A DNA stretch of 64,000 bases. It comes from Camelus ferus. Lineage: Eukaryota. The notes under the pieces are model-generated. The model made no database searches. It was not told the DNA's origin and saw only the letters and a program-made list of their open reading frames with translations. Each line of letters begins with the position of its first letter. Within the stretch, counting starts at the first letter, position 1. The translations under genes and the position numbers were made by a program. The stretch covers positions 1,302,001-1,366,000 of the forward strand of contig NC_045725.1 of NCBI RefSeq assembly GCF_009834535.1, in the 5' to 3' direction. This document shows positions 1 through 13,957 of the stretch, piece by piece.

Positions 1-3000
1 CCTTATGAAATTTAGGATGAGTTTTATTACTTCTGCAAAAAATTTCATTGGGATTTTGATAGAGGTTGCATCTCTATCAACCTGTAGATAGAGTGCTTTG
101 ACTAATATTGATGTTTTAATAACAGTAAATCTTCCAATCAGTGAATACAGGATGTTTCCATTTATTTAGGTCTTTTTAAAGTTTTTTCAGCATGTTTTGT
201 AGTTTTCATTGCACAAGTCTTTCTCCTTCTTTGGTTAATTCCTAAACATTTTGTTCTTTTTGATACTATTGTAAATGTAATTGTTATCGTAATATCCTTT
301 TCAGATCATTCATTGTTCATATATAGAAATGCAACTTTTTTGTGTGTGTGTTGACTTTGAATCCTGCTACTTTGCTGAATTCATTTATTAGAGGTAACAG
401 CTTTTTTGTGGTGTCTGTAGGATATTCTACACATAAGATCGTATCATCTGCAAACAGATCATTTTGCTTTTTCCTTTCTNNNNNNNNNNNNNNNNNNNNN
501 NNNNNNNNNNNNNNNNNNNNNNNNNNNNNNNNNNNNNNNNNNNNNNNNNNNNNNNNNNNNNNNNNNNNNNNNNNNNNNNNNNNNNNNNNNNNNNNNNNNN
601 NNNNNNNNNNNNNNNNNNNNNNNNNNNNNGAGGTGCGTTTTTCATATATAGATTTTATTATATTAAGGTAATCTTCTATTCCTATTTTGTTAAGTGTTTT
701 TTCATGAAAGGGTGTTGAATTTTATCAAATGCTTTTTCCACATCATTTGAGATGATCATGTGGTTTCTCCCATCATTCTGTTGATGGGAAAAAGACTGAC
801 TGACTTTNNNNNNNNNNNNNNNNNNNNNNNNNNNNNNNNNNNNNNNNNNNNNNNNNNNNNNNNNNNNNNNNNNNNNNNNNNNNNNNNNNNNNNNNNNNNN
901 NNNNNNNNNNNNNNNNNNNNNNNNNNNNNNNNNNNNNNNNNNNNNNNNNNNNNNNNNTTTTTTTCCTTGTAGTGTCTTTGTGTGGCTTTGGTATCTGGGT
1001 TGTGCTGGCCCCCTACAACAAACTGGGAAGTGTTCCCTCTTCATTTTGGGGGGGAAAGTCTGAGANNNNNNNNNNNNNNNNNNNNNNNNNNNNNNNNNNN
1101 NNNNNNNNNNNNNNNNNNNNNNNNNNNNNNNNNNNNNNNNNNNNNNNNNNNNNNNNNNNNNNNNNNNNNNNNNNNNNNNNNNNNNNNNNNNNNNNNNNNN
1201 NNNATTCCTTTGTGATTTAGTCTTGGTAGGTTTTGTTTCTAGGAATTTGTCCATATCAGCAGCGTTGTCCAATCTGCTGGTGTGAAACTGCTCATAGTAC
1301 TCTCATAAATCCTCTTTGTTTCTGTAGAATCAGTAGTAATTTCTCCATTTTCATTTCTGATTTTAGTAATTTGAGTCTTTTGTCCTTCATCTAGCTCAGT
1401 TTGTCAATTTTGCTAACCTTTTTGAAGAACCAACATTTAGTTTCATTGATATTGTCTACTGTTTTTTTATTCTCTATTTCCTTTATCTCTGCTCTAATCC
1501 TTCTTTCTTTTCTTCTGCTAACATTGGGTTGTTTGTTCTTTATTTTTCTAATTCCTTACATTGTAAAGCTACATTGTTGATTTGCAAAAAAAATTTTTTT
1601 ACATCTTTTTTTAACAACGGAGGTATTGGGGATTGAACCTAGGACCTCCTGTATCCTAAGCATGAACTCTAGCACTGAGCTATTCCCCAACTCCAAGAAC
1701 TTTTTTATTTTTTAATGTAAGCGTTTATAGCTATAAAGTGAAACAGTGTCCCGTAAGCTTTGGCATGTTGTGTTTTCATTCATCACTAAGAATCTTCAAA
1801 TTTCCCTTATAGTCTCCTTTGATGCATTGGTTTTTTTTTTAAGAGTGTGTTTAGTTTCCAATTGGTGAATTTTCCAATTTTGTCATTGATTTCTTACTTG
1901 ATCTCATTTGGTTTTAGAAGATACGCTGTATGATAGCTATGTTTTTTAATCTATTGAGACTTAATTTGTGGCCCAACATATGGTCTATCCTGTAAAATGT
2001 CCCACATGCACTGGAGACTGTGTGTGTCCTGTTGGGTGGAGTGTTCCGCGTATGTCTTTTAGATCTATTTGGTTTAGTGTGTTAAGCCCTCTATTTCCTT
2101 ATCTTCTGTCTGGCTGTTCTAACCACTACTGAGAGAGGGTATTGAGGTCTCCAACTCTTATTTTGGGACTACTTCTTCCTTCAATTCTGTCAGTTTTTGC
2201 TTCATATATGTTTAAGGTCATTAGGTAACTAAATATTCATAATTGTTATATATCTTATTTCATTGAAACTTTTATATAATTGCTTCCCTTGTCTCTTGTA
2301 ATCTTTTTTTTTTTTAAGATAAGTTTTTATCTGATATTATTATACTCACCCCTGCTACCCTTTGGTTACCGTTTGCATGGAGTATTTTTTTTTACATCTT
2401 TTCACTTTCAATCTATTTATGTATTTGGATATAAAGTTAATCTCTTGAGACAGCATATAGTTTGATAATGTTTTTTATTCATTGTTTCAATCTCTGTCTT
2501 TTCACTGAGGAATTTAATCCATTTACATTTAAAGTAACTACAGACAGGGAGAGACTTCTGTCATTTTGCTGTTTGTTTTCTATATGCCCTGTAGCTTTTT
2601 TTGTCCTTCATTTCCTGCATCAGTATCTTTTGTGTTTAAGTTGATTTTTTAATAGCAAAACATCTAAATTCCTTTCTCATTTCTTTTTATATATATTCTA
2701 TAGCTATTTTCTTTGCAGATTTTATCTGACACTCCACAGTTATAACACTCTAATCTGAATTTATACTAGCTTAATTTCAGTAACACAAAAACATTCATTT
2801 AACAGCTCCACCCCACCCCTTCTGGCTGTTGGTCAACATCACAAAAATACATCTTTATACACTGTGTGCCCCTAAGCATACACTAGTAATTCTTTTAAAT
2901 GCATTAGTCTCTTAAATTATGTAGAAAACAAAATGTGGAGTTACACTAATACTAGCCTTTAGACTAATAATTTTTTTAATGTATTAGTCTTTTAAATAAT

Positions 3001-3790
3001 ATAGAAAACAAAAAGTGCACCTAAGAACCATTGTTTTTGCCTTAAAAAGTTATACTTGCCCCGTGTTAACAACCCTGACTGAGGTCTTCATTCCTCCACA
3101 CAGCTTCAAGTTACTGTCTCCTGGCCTTTCATCTCGCTTGCAGGACTCTTAGAGCATCTCTTGCAGGACAGGTCTAGTGAGTTCAAGTTTTCTGGATGTT
3201 TCATCAAATTTGGGCAAGTTTCAGACATTATTTCTTCAAATATTCTCTCTAGCCCTTTCTCTCTCTTCAACCTCTGGAACTCTCAGAATGCGTATGTTGC
3301 TTCTCTTCATGGAGTCCCACAGGTCCCTTAGGCCCTATTAACTTTTCTTCAATCTTTTTTGTGTTCCTCAGACTTAATAATTTCCATTATCTTCAAGTCT
3401 TCTGATTCTTCTGCCTCCTCACACCTGCCTTTGAATCCTACTATTGCATCTCGGTTAATTTACCTTTAGGCTCCAGATTTCTTTATGGTTTCTTTTTATG
3501 GATATTTCCATTTTGTTCACCTATCACTTTCTCGGCTTTCTCTGTATCTTCCTTTAGTTCTTTGAACATCTTTAAGACAGCTGTTTTCAAGTCTGTCTAA
3601 TTTTTCTACCATTAGATCTTTTTTCAGGAACAGTTTCTGTTGATTTTTTTTTCTTTTGAAAAGGCCATACTCTCCTGTTTCTGTGTATGCCTTGTGATTT
3701 TGTTGTTGTTGTTGAAAACTGTACATATGAATCCAGAAACATGTAACTCTGGAAATCAGATTCTCTCCCTTTCCCAGAGTTTGCCATTTT
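1..3790 (-). mobile_element. Degraded LINE-1 (ORF2 and ORF1 remnants), interrupted by N-runs and a SINE
   Basis: Minus-strand translation near 682-800 gives NHMIISNDVEKAFDKIQHPFMKK, the L1 reverse-transcriptase signature. The plus strand is T-rich throughout and has many stops. Boundaries are approximate. Confidence 0.85.
1592..1688 (-). mobile_element. Camelid tRNA-derived SINE (Vic-1-like)
   Basis: The reverse complement reads GGGGAATAGCTCAGTGCTAGAG...GGTCCTAGGTTCAATCCCCAATACCTCC (Pol III A and B boxes) followed by an A-rich tail. Confidence 0.8.
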
Positions 3791-5839
3791 GTGGAGGTTT
3801 TATCCCCTTGTTGTAGGTTGTCTCTGCTGAAGATCAGCAAAATCCTTCTCCCAATTCTCAGACACCCTTCACACCCACCACCTTATCACAAATGGACAAG
3901 GGCCAGATCCTCATGAGACCCAGGGGCCAGGGTAGCCATTCTGTCTAGGTCTGGATCCTAGTTGTTACCACAGCCCCAGAGAGGGATCCAGACACTGCTG
4001 CTCACCAGGACATTCTTGAAAGTTATTATTTTGTTATGGAAGAGTAGAAGCCTCCAGTGTGTTTCTACAGTTTTGCAACAATATAGGACCCCACCTTCAA
4101 GCCCTGTTTTCTCCGACTTTTATGGGTTAGGGTCTGAGGCTTCCTGAGATGGAGCCAAACCCACTAGACAAATACTGGTGGCAATGGCGAGGCAAGGATG
4201 CCTGTTATGAAAGTTGTGCCATAAGACCTTGGTTGTGCACAGGCACTCCCACAAGCACACACAAAGGCACACAGACACACACACATGCTTGCATATGGGC
4301 ACTCACACAGACATGAACACCCAAGCACCCAACAGAGGTTATATGTAGCACAGTGTCAGGCTCTGCAAGTTTACACAGGTAGCATTCAGGAAGACTCTGC
4401 AGTGCATCTTTTGTCATTTCTCACTGGGTCTTCCTCTGCGGTTCCCTTTCTGGTAACCAAGATACACTCAGACACAATTACTCCTTGCTTTGTGACCGAC
4501 ATTAACGTACTCTAATAAAACTGGCCTAGAAGACCCAGTAGTTGAGTGTGGGAGCTGCAGGGGGTGCTGACTCCCCTGAACCCTCTTTCCCCAATGACAT
4601 GTGATGCAGGCAACCAGCCCAGTGCCAATCTGCAAGTCATGGGCCTGAGCAGGGACTGACATCCGGAATTCAACTCATTCAGATGGAAAGACCAGCCTAT
4701 CCAGCGCGGTTGCCACCATCATGCCAGTCACCATGATACGAACACAGTCGGCTGCTCTTCTGATGAGGTTCTCAGCCCCTGGAAGGTGTGCCAGCTGCAG
4801 AGGCATCTCCCTGCTGCATTTCTCTGACTTACCTCTGCAGAGCCTGCATCAAGCACTTCTCCAGAGCCAGTGAACAAGCCATCTGCATGCAGAGTGGAGG
4901 CACACAGGGGAATTTCATGTTTACGGCTGATTGAAGAGGCTTTAATGGACATTTGAAAGTCCCTTCTATATGCATTCTTCCTTTCAAACCCCGTACCTAA
5001 TAACCTCATGCTCTGTGTTGAGATGCGCTATGCATAATGGAATCTGAAAATCCTTACAGAAATCAGTGTTGCAGGGACACTCATTCTATAAAACTGGGGA
5101 GTGTTATCCAGAACTAAATGAAATACTATAGGCTACAATTTTCTCCCTTCAGTCACTGAAAACTTATTTTTAAAAAACAGATGGAAACTAGATTGCTTCC
5201 TTATTTACCAGAACACTTGGGTTCTGATCTCAGCAGCAGCCTCACAATGACTGCACATCACTGGGGTTAAGTGGCAGGAGGTGTCCCCATCCAGCTTCCA
5301 CCAAAGGTTCCTCAGAGCTGTGAAGGCAAGTGCAGTCTCCTACCTGGCCTGATCACCTGCATGCACCTTGTGGAGGGTAAAGTGAGGTGCCCAAAGGCCG
5401 TGAGTCAGAACCGCTTCCTGCGCCAGCATGTCCTGCAAAGTGCCTGTTTTTCCAGGGAAAGAAGCTGAGTACAAGCTGCTGCTGCTTGGATGTTTCTAGA
5501 GGAGAGGCCTCAGGCACCTGCAGCACCCAGGGGACCTGACACTGCCTCCCATCTGCCCTCTGCACCTGGCAAATGGACTATCACTCCTGATATCATGTGT
5601 GGCCAAAATCTTGGAAGGAGATGGGCCAATCTGCAGAGTTCCTGCCCCCAACCCTTGTCTCACCAAGATTCAAAGTTTCAGAAACCAAGGTCCAGTGGCA
5701 GGGGAGGCTATCGAGACAGCTGCACTCACACACTGCACGGGGGTGGAGGGGGAGGTTACAATGGGAAGGAAGGTGCCCTGAGATCTTGGAGAGCTGGAAT
5801 TCTGCTCCTCCCAATGGAAGCAGCAGAAGATACACGTTT

Positions 5840-5979
5840 GGGGGAGGGTAAAGCTCAAGTGGTGGAGTGCGTGCTTGGCATGCACAGGGTCCTGGGTTCA
5901 ACCCCTAGTACCTCCTCTGAAAATAAATAAATAAATAAACCTAATTACTTCCCCCCCAACAAACTTTTTTTTAAAAAAT
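5840..5979 (+). mobile_element. Camelid tRNA-derived SINE (Vic-1-like)
   Basis: GGGGAGGGTAAAGCTCAAGTGGTGGAG...GGGTTCAACCCCTAGTACCTCC with an (AAAT)n tail. Imperfect flanking duplication AGAAGATACACG/AGAAGACATATG. Confidence 0.9.
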
Positions 5980-6483
5980 AGAAGACATATGCTTTCTTTA
6001 ACATGAATGCCACTGCAGTGCTATGAATTTTCACGTAGAACTGAGACGTCTTTTCTTCAGACTCTAAGGGCGTGTGTGTGAGTTTTGATTTCAGCCTGGC
6101 AAGACAGGAGAACCAGAAACACCCAGGAGGCATCCAGAAAAACAAGGCACTGTATCTGAGCATGTGGGGCTGGAGGACTGCAAGTGAGACTTGCTGGGGA
6201 GGGGTGCTTGGAGACTAAAAAGTCCTTAGTGGGACCTGATGGGTCTTCTGTTGGCCGCTGGCCTTAGGCTGTGTGACGATTTGCTGCCTCTTTCCATCTC
6301 CTCCATACCCCAACCCCAGGGTACCTGAGCCCCATCTCCCCCTAGATCCTACAGCCCTCGGGACAAGTGGCAGCTCGGGACTCTCAGCACAGGAGGTTAA
6401 AAGGAGCCTGCTCTGTACAATCACACTAGGCTTCACGTTTCAGGATGAAAACCATTTGTGTCTCTTCAGGTTCCTGTTCAAGT

Positions 6484-6489
6484 TTTATT
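6484..6489 (-). terminator. RBFA: Candidate RBFA polyadenylation signal (AATAAA)
   Basis: TTTATT on the plus strand, about 820 nt past the RBFA stop codon. Usage is inferred. Confidence 0.45.
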
Positions 6490-7307
6490 CAAATCCAGAG
6501 CCATCTGGTACCCACAGTAATGCAGACAGCCACACAGGTGTGCTCAACCCTAAGAGTGGAGGACTGCCTACTCTGCCTTCCCAACAGGACTTACTTCTGG
6601 ACGCAGAGCTGTCCGCACGTAACCTCTTCAGGTTTACCGCTGGCACCCCAGGGTACTGATGAACACATTCTACCTCAAACAGGCAGGACTCTGATCTGCT
6701 CCTGTCGTCTGGGACGTCACGGGACATGAAAACCCAGCCATGTGCACAATTCTGCCACGTCTGCAGGGCCACCAGCTTCAAACAGGAGCACCTGCGTCCG
6801 GCTCTGCATGGCCTCACAAAGCAGGTTATGCGCACATCCACCAACGAGTCAATTACCCCTCCTTCCCTTAGCTTGTCACAGAAACCAAATTCCTAGGAAG
6901 GCGGCGTCAAGATGAGGGCCCTCTGCATGCAAGGCTCTGCTAAGTGCTTTCACACACGTCACCCTGCAACCCTCCCAGCAACCCCTGAACAGATGCCATT
7001 AGTATCCAGACCACCAGGAAATGGAGCAGAGAGGTCATTCAGCTCCAGCATGGCGGGGTAGGGCCGGGTGGCTGCAAAGCCCTGCTCTGTCACACGTAAG
7101 CAGACAAACCTTCAAATACAAAGCCCGGATAATGAGGACTGACTGCACTGCGTGGATCCAAGAGCTATTTACACTTTCCACAGCCCATGCATCTTCTCAC
7201 AGTAACACAAGGAAAAGGGCTCAGACCACCCCTACATGAGGGCTTCCAGGCCAGTTCCTGCCCTGTGCACACGGGCATCTGGTCAAGACCCTCTCCCTCC
7301 ATGACCC

Positions 7308-7683
7308 CTAACAGTCACCTCGATCTTTTCCCTTTGCCTCCAGTTCCTGCTCCGCTCCCGGGAGCCCCCACTCGCACCCCAGGCCGTGCTCCTCAGGAAG
7401 GGCCCTTCTGCCGTCCAGGGGCTCCTCACCCTCCAGCCCCAACAGGAAGCTCTTGGGAGAAAGGTCATCGTCCACAGGGGGGTGGGCCCTCCTCTTTCTC
7501 ACTTGCTTCATCAGCACAGCCACATGCTCTGGCCGTGCTGGGCTGGTGCCCCCCCGGCCCCGGCCCCTCTTGTACTCCAGGATCTGCTGGTTGAGGGCCT
7601 CGTGGTCAATTCCACACAGACTGGAGGGCACGGCAGGGCCCGGGGTATCACACGGCGATGCTGCATCCAAGGCCTTGGGGTCC
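7308..7683 (-). CDS. RBFA: RBFA coding exon 7 (last), mitochondrial ribosome-binding factor A
   Basis: Acceptor TTCCCCTGCAG|G. Encodes (R)DPKALDAASPCDTPGPAVPSSLCGIDHEALNQQILEYKR...GDC* with TAG at 7308-7310. The LCGIDHEALN motif matches RBFA. Confidence 0.95.
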
Positions 7684-8618
7684 CTGCAGGGGAACAATGG
7701 TCTTCACACCAAGCACAAACACCCCTACACCCCAACATCTGTCCAGGGAGACTGGGGAGATGGACGAGCTGGCTTGGCTGGGTGCTGCAGTCTAGAACCA
7801 CTCGCCAGCAGACTTCCAGTGCAGCCGTTCTGTGCTGTCATTAAACACACTGTCCTTTTTTCCCACTGGAATGTGGCCAGTGCACCAGGCCAGTTAAACA
7901 GAGGTATGGGTGGGGTCTTTTAGATCCATCACACAGGCTACTTGATGAGTTAGAGGTATTCTGAGAGCAAAACCAGAGCAATCCTTTTAAAACCCAAACC
8001 TGGCCACATCATACCTCTGAGTCCTCTAACTCTGCTCCGGGAGGGGTCTCCACCTGCCCCTTACCACTGACCAGTGCCTTTGCTCCAGCTCAGAGGTACC
8101 AGGCAGGCCGGCTCCTGTGGGACCTCCCTGAGGCCCTGATGGAACACAGGCCAAGAACCCGCCACAGCTGTTCCCTCTGCGGGAGCAGGCCCTTACACAC
8201 ATGCCCCAGATCCTCACGTCATCGTCTGAGAGGCCGACGCTGATGTTTGCTGCTTCCAAGCAGAAAACAGGTTTCAGAGACTCTGCCATGTGCTCACAGA
8301 GGTGCCCAGTGGTGAGGACGCAGCCCGGCTCCCAGCAGGAGCCCAAGACAAGCATGCCGAGTGGACGGCGAGGGTGAGCAGCTACGGCCAGCACTTGGAA
8401 GTCAAGGCTCAGCCCTGCTGGGGGGCCCACTGAGGCCACCCGACAGCCTCCTGGGGTGCTGGGTGTGCCACCAGGCTGCCACTGGGGCCTGCTGATGCCA
8501 GCACCGGCGGGGCTCCAGGGCAAGACCCAAGGGCACAGTGCGGCCCCCACCCCAACCAGCAATCCCACACCTGGGTGTCTGTCCGAGAGAATCAGAAACA
8601 TAAATCCACATGTGTTAC

Positions 8619-8692
8619 CTAAAGTCATCTTGCACCAACTCTTCTTTTTCATCACGGGGTCCAAAATCAGCAACTGCCAGTAACCGATCAAC
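8619..8692 (-). CDS. RBFA: RBFA coding exon 6
   Basis: CTTTTCAG|GTTGAT...TTTAG|GTAACA. 74 nt encoding VDRLLAVADFGPRDEKEELVQDDFR. Confidence 0.95.
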
Positions 8693-10743
8693 CTGAAAAG
8701 GAACAGAGGGTAATCTGGCAAGCCATGCCTCTCCACACCTACGTCCAAGCCTGGGGCCAGTGAGCATGGGCATCATGCCACCTGTGCCAGCGACTGCAGG
8801 CCTCACCCTGCTTCACATGGGTCCTTCCACTGATGCTCCGACACCTGTCACCTTAATCACATTTGCTCTGATAATGAATTGAGGCTTTTTGAAAACTACC
8901 CTTAAAACTTGTAAATGTCAAACTTCAAACTTACAAAGAAACCAGTTAAATATTAGTTGAATTACTAGCACTTACTCGTTAGTAAGATGCTTTAATTTTG
9001 CCACAGAATTTGTCTGGGTTAAAAAGCCTCCCAGCATGGCAACATGAGAGTCACAAAGTCTGGCGTGTGAATCCAGCTCCACGGTGGCTGATGGACCCAG
9101 GCTGGAAATGACTGCTGCTCCTTAGCGGGGCCACCACGGGCCTCTCCACCCCCACCTGCCTGTACTGACTGCCTGCGGATCGTCCTGCCCGGCTGTGCAC
9201 TGAGACCCAATGTCGCAGCAGGGGCCACTTCTCTGCAAGCCCAGGAGAGCCTGGACCAGAAACAGGACCCGTCGCTCCCAGCAACTGAAGCATCATCACC
9301 AACCACTGAGGTACCAAAAAAAACTACAAAGGTGAAAAGCAGCAGAAGCAGAGAAAAACCAGTCCACAGAAACTATTCACAACGCATATTTTGCCAAGGG
9401 CCCTGTACCAGGCACGGAATGAACCTGCATGGCTCGATGATAAGCAAACCTTATAAAAAACGGGCAAAGGTCTGAACTGGCCACAAAAGAGGGACCAACC
9501 ATGGGCACAAGGAAGACGCCCGGCGTCACTAGTTGTCGAGAAGATGCAAGTCTGAATCCCAGAACGGCAACCCTGAGTGTTTACTGGCGGTAACATCAAC
9601 ATTGCTGAGTTACTCAGGGCTCAGTCTGGACAGAGCTTATTACTGCTCCTGCTTCCCATGTCCAGTCACCTGACCTGAAGACTATCCTGAGGCTGCAAAG
9701 TAAGCTGAAAGTACCGTCACAACTCCCTGTGATTATTCAGTACGGTGCTGACCCTGACTACGTGGCAGGGCAGACGCCGGGTGGGCCTGAGGGAGCTTCC
9801 AATGGCATGATCTCCAGAGAGAGAGCCACCCAAACCCACAGAGCCAGGCAGGAACTTTCGGCTATTAATTCTTCCTCTACAGAGACAGGGACAAGTCACA
9901 GCACAGTGAAACCAGAGGGCGCACTGCTGGACAGATGGGACTCCATCTGCCAGCTACCCCATATGCTCACGGGTGAATTCCATGCCGAGTACCCGCACGG
10001 CACATGCCTGACCTAAACTCCACCTGAACTGGAAAGCACCAGTGTACTGTCACCCCTCTGTTCCCCGTTCTAGCAAGGAAAACCAGACACCTACAAATGT
10101 TATTATCTGCATAATGTTTTTGGTATTGCTTGTATAATAAATGACAAAAGACAACAATGTAATTAGATTCTTTCCCCTCTGTGGAGCTAAAGACTACCTA
10201 GTCCTACAGTGAATAACAGCCCCCTCATCATAATCTTGTAAACGCCACTTTCTGGGTTTTCAGTACACTTTTTAAAGGTATAACGTACCTTAATAACCAC
10301 CAAGTAACCATCACCTAGATTAAAAAATACGTATTTTTTAACAGGTTTTAACTTTTGTAATTAACCTACAGCTAAAACAAGGAACATAATCATGACAATT
10401 GCAGCTACAGGACAGAAGGTAAGTGTCAGCCTTGTTGGTGTGAAGCAGCCACAGACAGGGGGAAACCCGGGAGGTGGGAGGAGCAGGCAAGCACAGGAGA
10501 GACTGAGGGCTGGTTCACTCGTTAGGGCTCTACTGACAAGCCCTCAAAAGTTAAAGCCACAGAAGTGGTTACCAGGGAATCAGGCAAAGAACAGGGCAAG
10601 GGAGCCTAACTCTTCATTTGCACCCTGCCGAGTGTTACCTGCAAACACTGTGTACATCATCTTTTGAATATTCAGAAATTAAATTTAAAATCTTACTCAT
10701 GTGAAAGTTTACATCATAAAAAGGTCATAATGTGAAAGCTCAC

Positions 10744-10828
10744 CTCGGCTACTGCTGCGTATTTTTTGTCCTGAACAAACACAATCGGCGGCATGTTCCT
10801 CAGGATCTGCTGGGACATCACAAGATGC
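10744..10828 (-). CDS. RBFA: RBFA coding exon 5
   Basis: TCTCCCCAG|GCATCTT...GCCGAG|GTGAGC. 85 nt encoding [28 protein letters not shown], with the RbfA P-x-I-x-F-x-x-D motif. Confidence 0.95.
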
Positions 10829-11706
10829 CTGGGGAGACAGAGGTCACAGGTGACACTCAGTGGAGGGTGACAGTGACAGAAACGTCACCTCACAAGGAGG
10901 CATGAGATCTGCTCATCACATCAGAAAGTCTTCTTTAGCCAATGCCATGTTATGAAGGGGATACAAAAATGTATCACCAAATCCTTGTAAGTAGTCTTAT
11001 CCGAATCTGGACACACCCTTGAGCATAACATGGCCGTGGACTCCGTGGTCCGGGCACCAGCAACAAGCCAGGGCTCCGTCCCTCTGTTCAGAGGACACTC
11101 ACCAGTCAAGTGTGACTGACAGTCCTCAACTACCCAGGTGCCAGATGCAGAAATGAACTTTGTGTCCTTCAGTCATGCAGTACATGCAAGTTCAGGTGCC
11201 AGAGGTATCCAGTGAAAAGACTGCTGTGACACGTGGCATGTCTGCTCAGTGACAGCGGACCTTGGTGCAAAGTTATGGAAAAACCTTTACACTAAACCTT
11301 GGGGAGAAAAAGAGTTGGGAAAGGGACATTCTGTTCAACTGAATTTTCTGACTAGCTAAAAACTGATCAGAAAACAATACTGTCACCTCAATACCTGTTG
11401 GAAATCTCTCATTTTATTTCCGTTAAATATCAAAAATGAAATTAATTGCCCATTCTTCAATATACAACTTTAGAGACTCAGGGTTAGTGTGATGTGTCAG
11501 TGATCGCCAGCAGGTGGGGAAGGAGATGGCTTATGAAAATGCCACACCTGTCCCTTCCAAAGGGAAGGATGGCGACAGGGAGGCCAAGGAGGGACAGAAC
11601 GGAGGGAGGTGGGAAGGGGGAACCCAACGTGAGCGCTCGTCAGTTGGGTCTCTGCATTTTAAAGACTGACAAGAAAACCGAGTAACCTCTTTAATATCAC
11701 CCAGCT

Positions 11707-12921
11707 CGGTGGTTCTCAAAATTCTTGGTCTTAGGACTGCCTTTACACTCTTAAAAGTGACTGAGAACAACAAAGACCTTCTGTTTATGTGGGTTCTATC
11801 CATCAATATCTACTGCAGTAAAAGTTACAGCTGAGAATTTAAAAAATACATACATATTAATTCACTTAAAATAACAAACCCACTACATGTTCACAGATAC
11901 TGAGTAATCAGTAAAAAATAACCACTACGTTATTTTAAAACTAAGCAGAGTCGCACTGCTTATGTAGTTCCAAACTTCTTCAACACCCAGCATAACAAAG
12001 ACAGCTGGGTTCTTATCTCTGTCTGCGTGTAATCTGATCTATCACTTTGTTTAAAACATAAGAAGATCGGGCCTCACATAGACCTGTAACTGAAAAGGGG
12101 GCATATGAACAGCCCTTGAGAAAAGTGTGGATTTTTGACGCTACACAAAAACCCAACAAATAGTCATTTATTAAAAGTCAGCAGCAAAGTGAGATCTGCA
12201 GGCAGATCACTGAACATGTCACTCTCTGCACGCTGGAACCCACTGGTCGGCTTCCCTTTGAGCCGCCCTCTCCCCGTGCATGACTCTGTAACCTCACCAA
12301 GTCACACAGATTCTCAGAATGAAGCCAAATGTTACATCACCACCACCCGCATCAAAGAGGTCTTCTCTGCCGCAAGACTGTCAAATTCACGGTGCTGGAT
12401 ACACGTTTTCCAAAACCCTGATGTTCACTGAAAGCTTAAATTTTATCACTGGCAACAAACACGGTCAGTTGGTTTCCCTGACGTGACAGGTTTTTTGCTA
12501 ATTTTGGAGAAAATGTCAAATCCCACATCTGAGTAACGGTGGTCATTTCACTTGTTCTTTCAAGTGAAGAAGTGTCCATTTTGGTTCACGATCCACAACT
12601 GCAGTGTTTTTCCAAGACAATCATCAGTTTCATGCATACTTCCCACCACACAGAATAATAAATAGATGTGCCCAAGGGTCGAGACTTAGTAAAATTAGTA
12701 ACTTCTGCTTATTCATCAAGGATGTTCTTAAACAAAGCTGACAGCTTTTTACTGAGAGCACATGGCTGAAGCTACAACGACCACCAGGACATCTGACACA
12801 GCCCGCCCCGCCCCTGTGGCTTCAGTGCAAACGGAAGACAACACCTCACCATAAGAACTTTAACTCACAACCTCCCCGCACAAAGGACGTGGGACCCAGG
12901 ACCAAACCCTGAGAACTGCTG
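11707..12921. mobile_element. hAT (Charlie-like) DNA transposon in RBFA intron 4
   Basis: Terminal inverted repeats CGGTGGTTCTC.../...GAGAACTGCTG and an imperfect 8-bp target duplication ACCCAGCT/ACCTAGAT. Subfamily not certain. Confidence 0.7.
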
Positions 12922-13050
12922 ACCTAGATTATGGCCGACAGAAAAATGTAAATTCTGCTCTGAAATCCAAGAAAACGCTCCCCAAATTTTCCTTAAAGGC
13001 AGAAATACTGGACAAACAGGCTGAGGGTCAGGGTCAAGTGGAGGCCTCAC

Positions 13051-13163
13051 CTCATGTGTGCAGCGCTCCTCTGCAGCACGGCCTCTGTGTGCGCATTCTG
13101 AGCTGCAGAGAGACTGGCCTTCCAGGACACTCGGCAGGCGGAGAAGTCTGCAGTCAGAGAGAC
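13051..13163 (-). CDS. RBFA: RBFA coding exon 4
   Basis: GGCTCAG|GTCTCT...ATGAG|GTGAGG. 113 nt encoding [38 protein letters not shown]. Confidence 0.95.
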
Positions 13164-13747
13164 CTGAGCCCCAACCCCACCCGTATCACTCTCCACTCAC
13201 GTGGGCTTTCCGGGGACAGGTCCGCAGAGAAGCACTAACTCCTGGGCTGTTGTGGCTTTGGGCACCCACCGCCAGGGATAGTGACCCAGCGCAAGAGCCA
13301 CAGGCCACCTGCTGCCCAAGCTTGCATGGTGAAGAAAGCAGCTCCCAACCAGACCCCAGCCCCGCTCACAGAAATGTCTCAACCTGGGCTGCTCCCACTC
13401 TGGGGGCAGCAGCAGCAGAAGCTGCCGCCTCTGTCTTCACACGAGGCAAGGGCAGACATGTCCACCGCCCATCTGACCCCCAAGACTTCGGACGCCCTAT
13501 TTTGGCACTCACGGCTCTGGCGCTCTGGGTGCTGTCTGGGCAAGGAACCCCCCACCACCTCATCACCCCCCCCCAACCGCTGTGCACAGCGAGACCTCTG
13601 CTCTGGCATCCCAAGTGCACCCTCCTCTCCTCAGGACCTAAATGGCCACACCCAGCATCCTTTCTGCTTTTAGGTGACACAAAGGACCGTGGACCGTGAC
13701 TGAGGCCTCAGCAAGGCTGTCCGTCCTCTCTGGCCCCAGCGGGCTAC

Positions 13748-13924
13748 CTTGGAGAGCTCCACATTCAGGTCGCAGACCTCCTGGCTCACTTCAGGGGTAC
13801 ACAGCAACCCCGTCAGCGCTTTGTGGAGGAGGCCGTTCAGGGCCCTCAGGCGCACGTGATCTTCCTTCCTGGCTCTCTTGGAGGTACTCTTCACTAGGGA
13901 TTCCAGCTGGGATGGCTTGTAAGT
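13748..13924 (-). CDS. RBFA: RBFA coding exon 3
   Basis: TTCTTGGAG|ACTTAC...TCCAAG|GTAGCC. 177 nt encoding [59 protein letters not shown]. Confidence 0.95.
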
Positions 13925-13957
13925 CTCCAAGAAGCAGAAAAGCAGACAGAAAGACCA

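Noticed and set aside
480-1203. N-runs of 150, 150 and 138 nt (also 133 nt at 34301-34433 and 143 nt at 52281-52423) and the X-rich ORFs crossing them
   Set aside because: All five fall inside LINE-1 sequence and look like masking or assembly gaps. ORFs spanning them are artefacts.
3840-4520. Possible LTR or ERV leader sequence downstream of RBFA
   Set aside because: No convincing TG...CA termini, target duplication or primer-binding site could be identified by eye.
5840-5915. tRNA genes
   Set aside because: The tRNA-like heads have A-rich tails and target duplications, so they are SINEs rather than tRNA genes.
8026-8748. 240-aa minus-strand ORF and other long ORFs around the RBFA 3' end
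   Set aside because: Non-ATG starts, GC-rich intronic sequence, no family motif. They merely overlap real RBFA exons.
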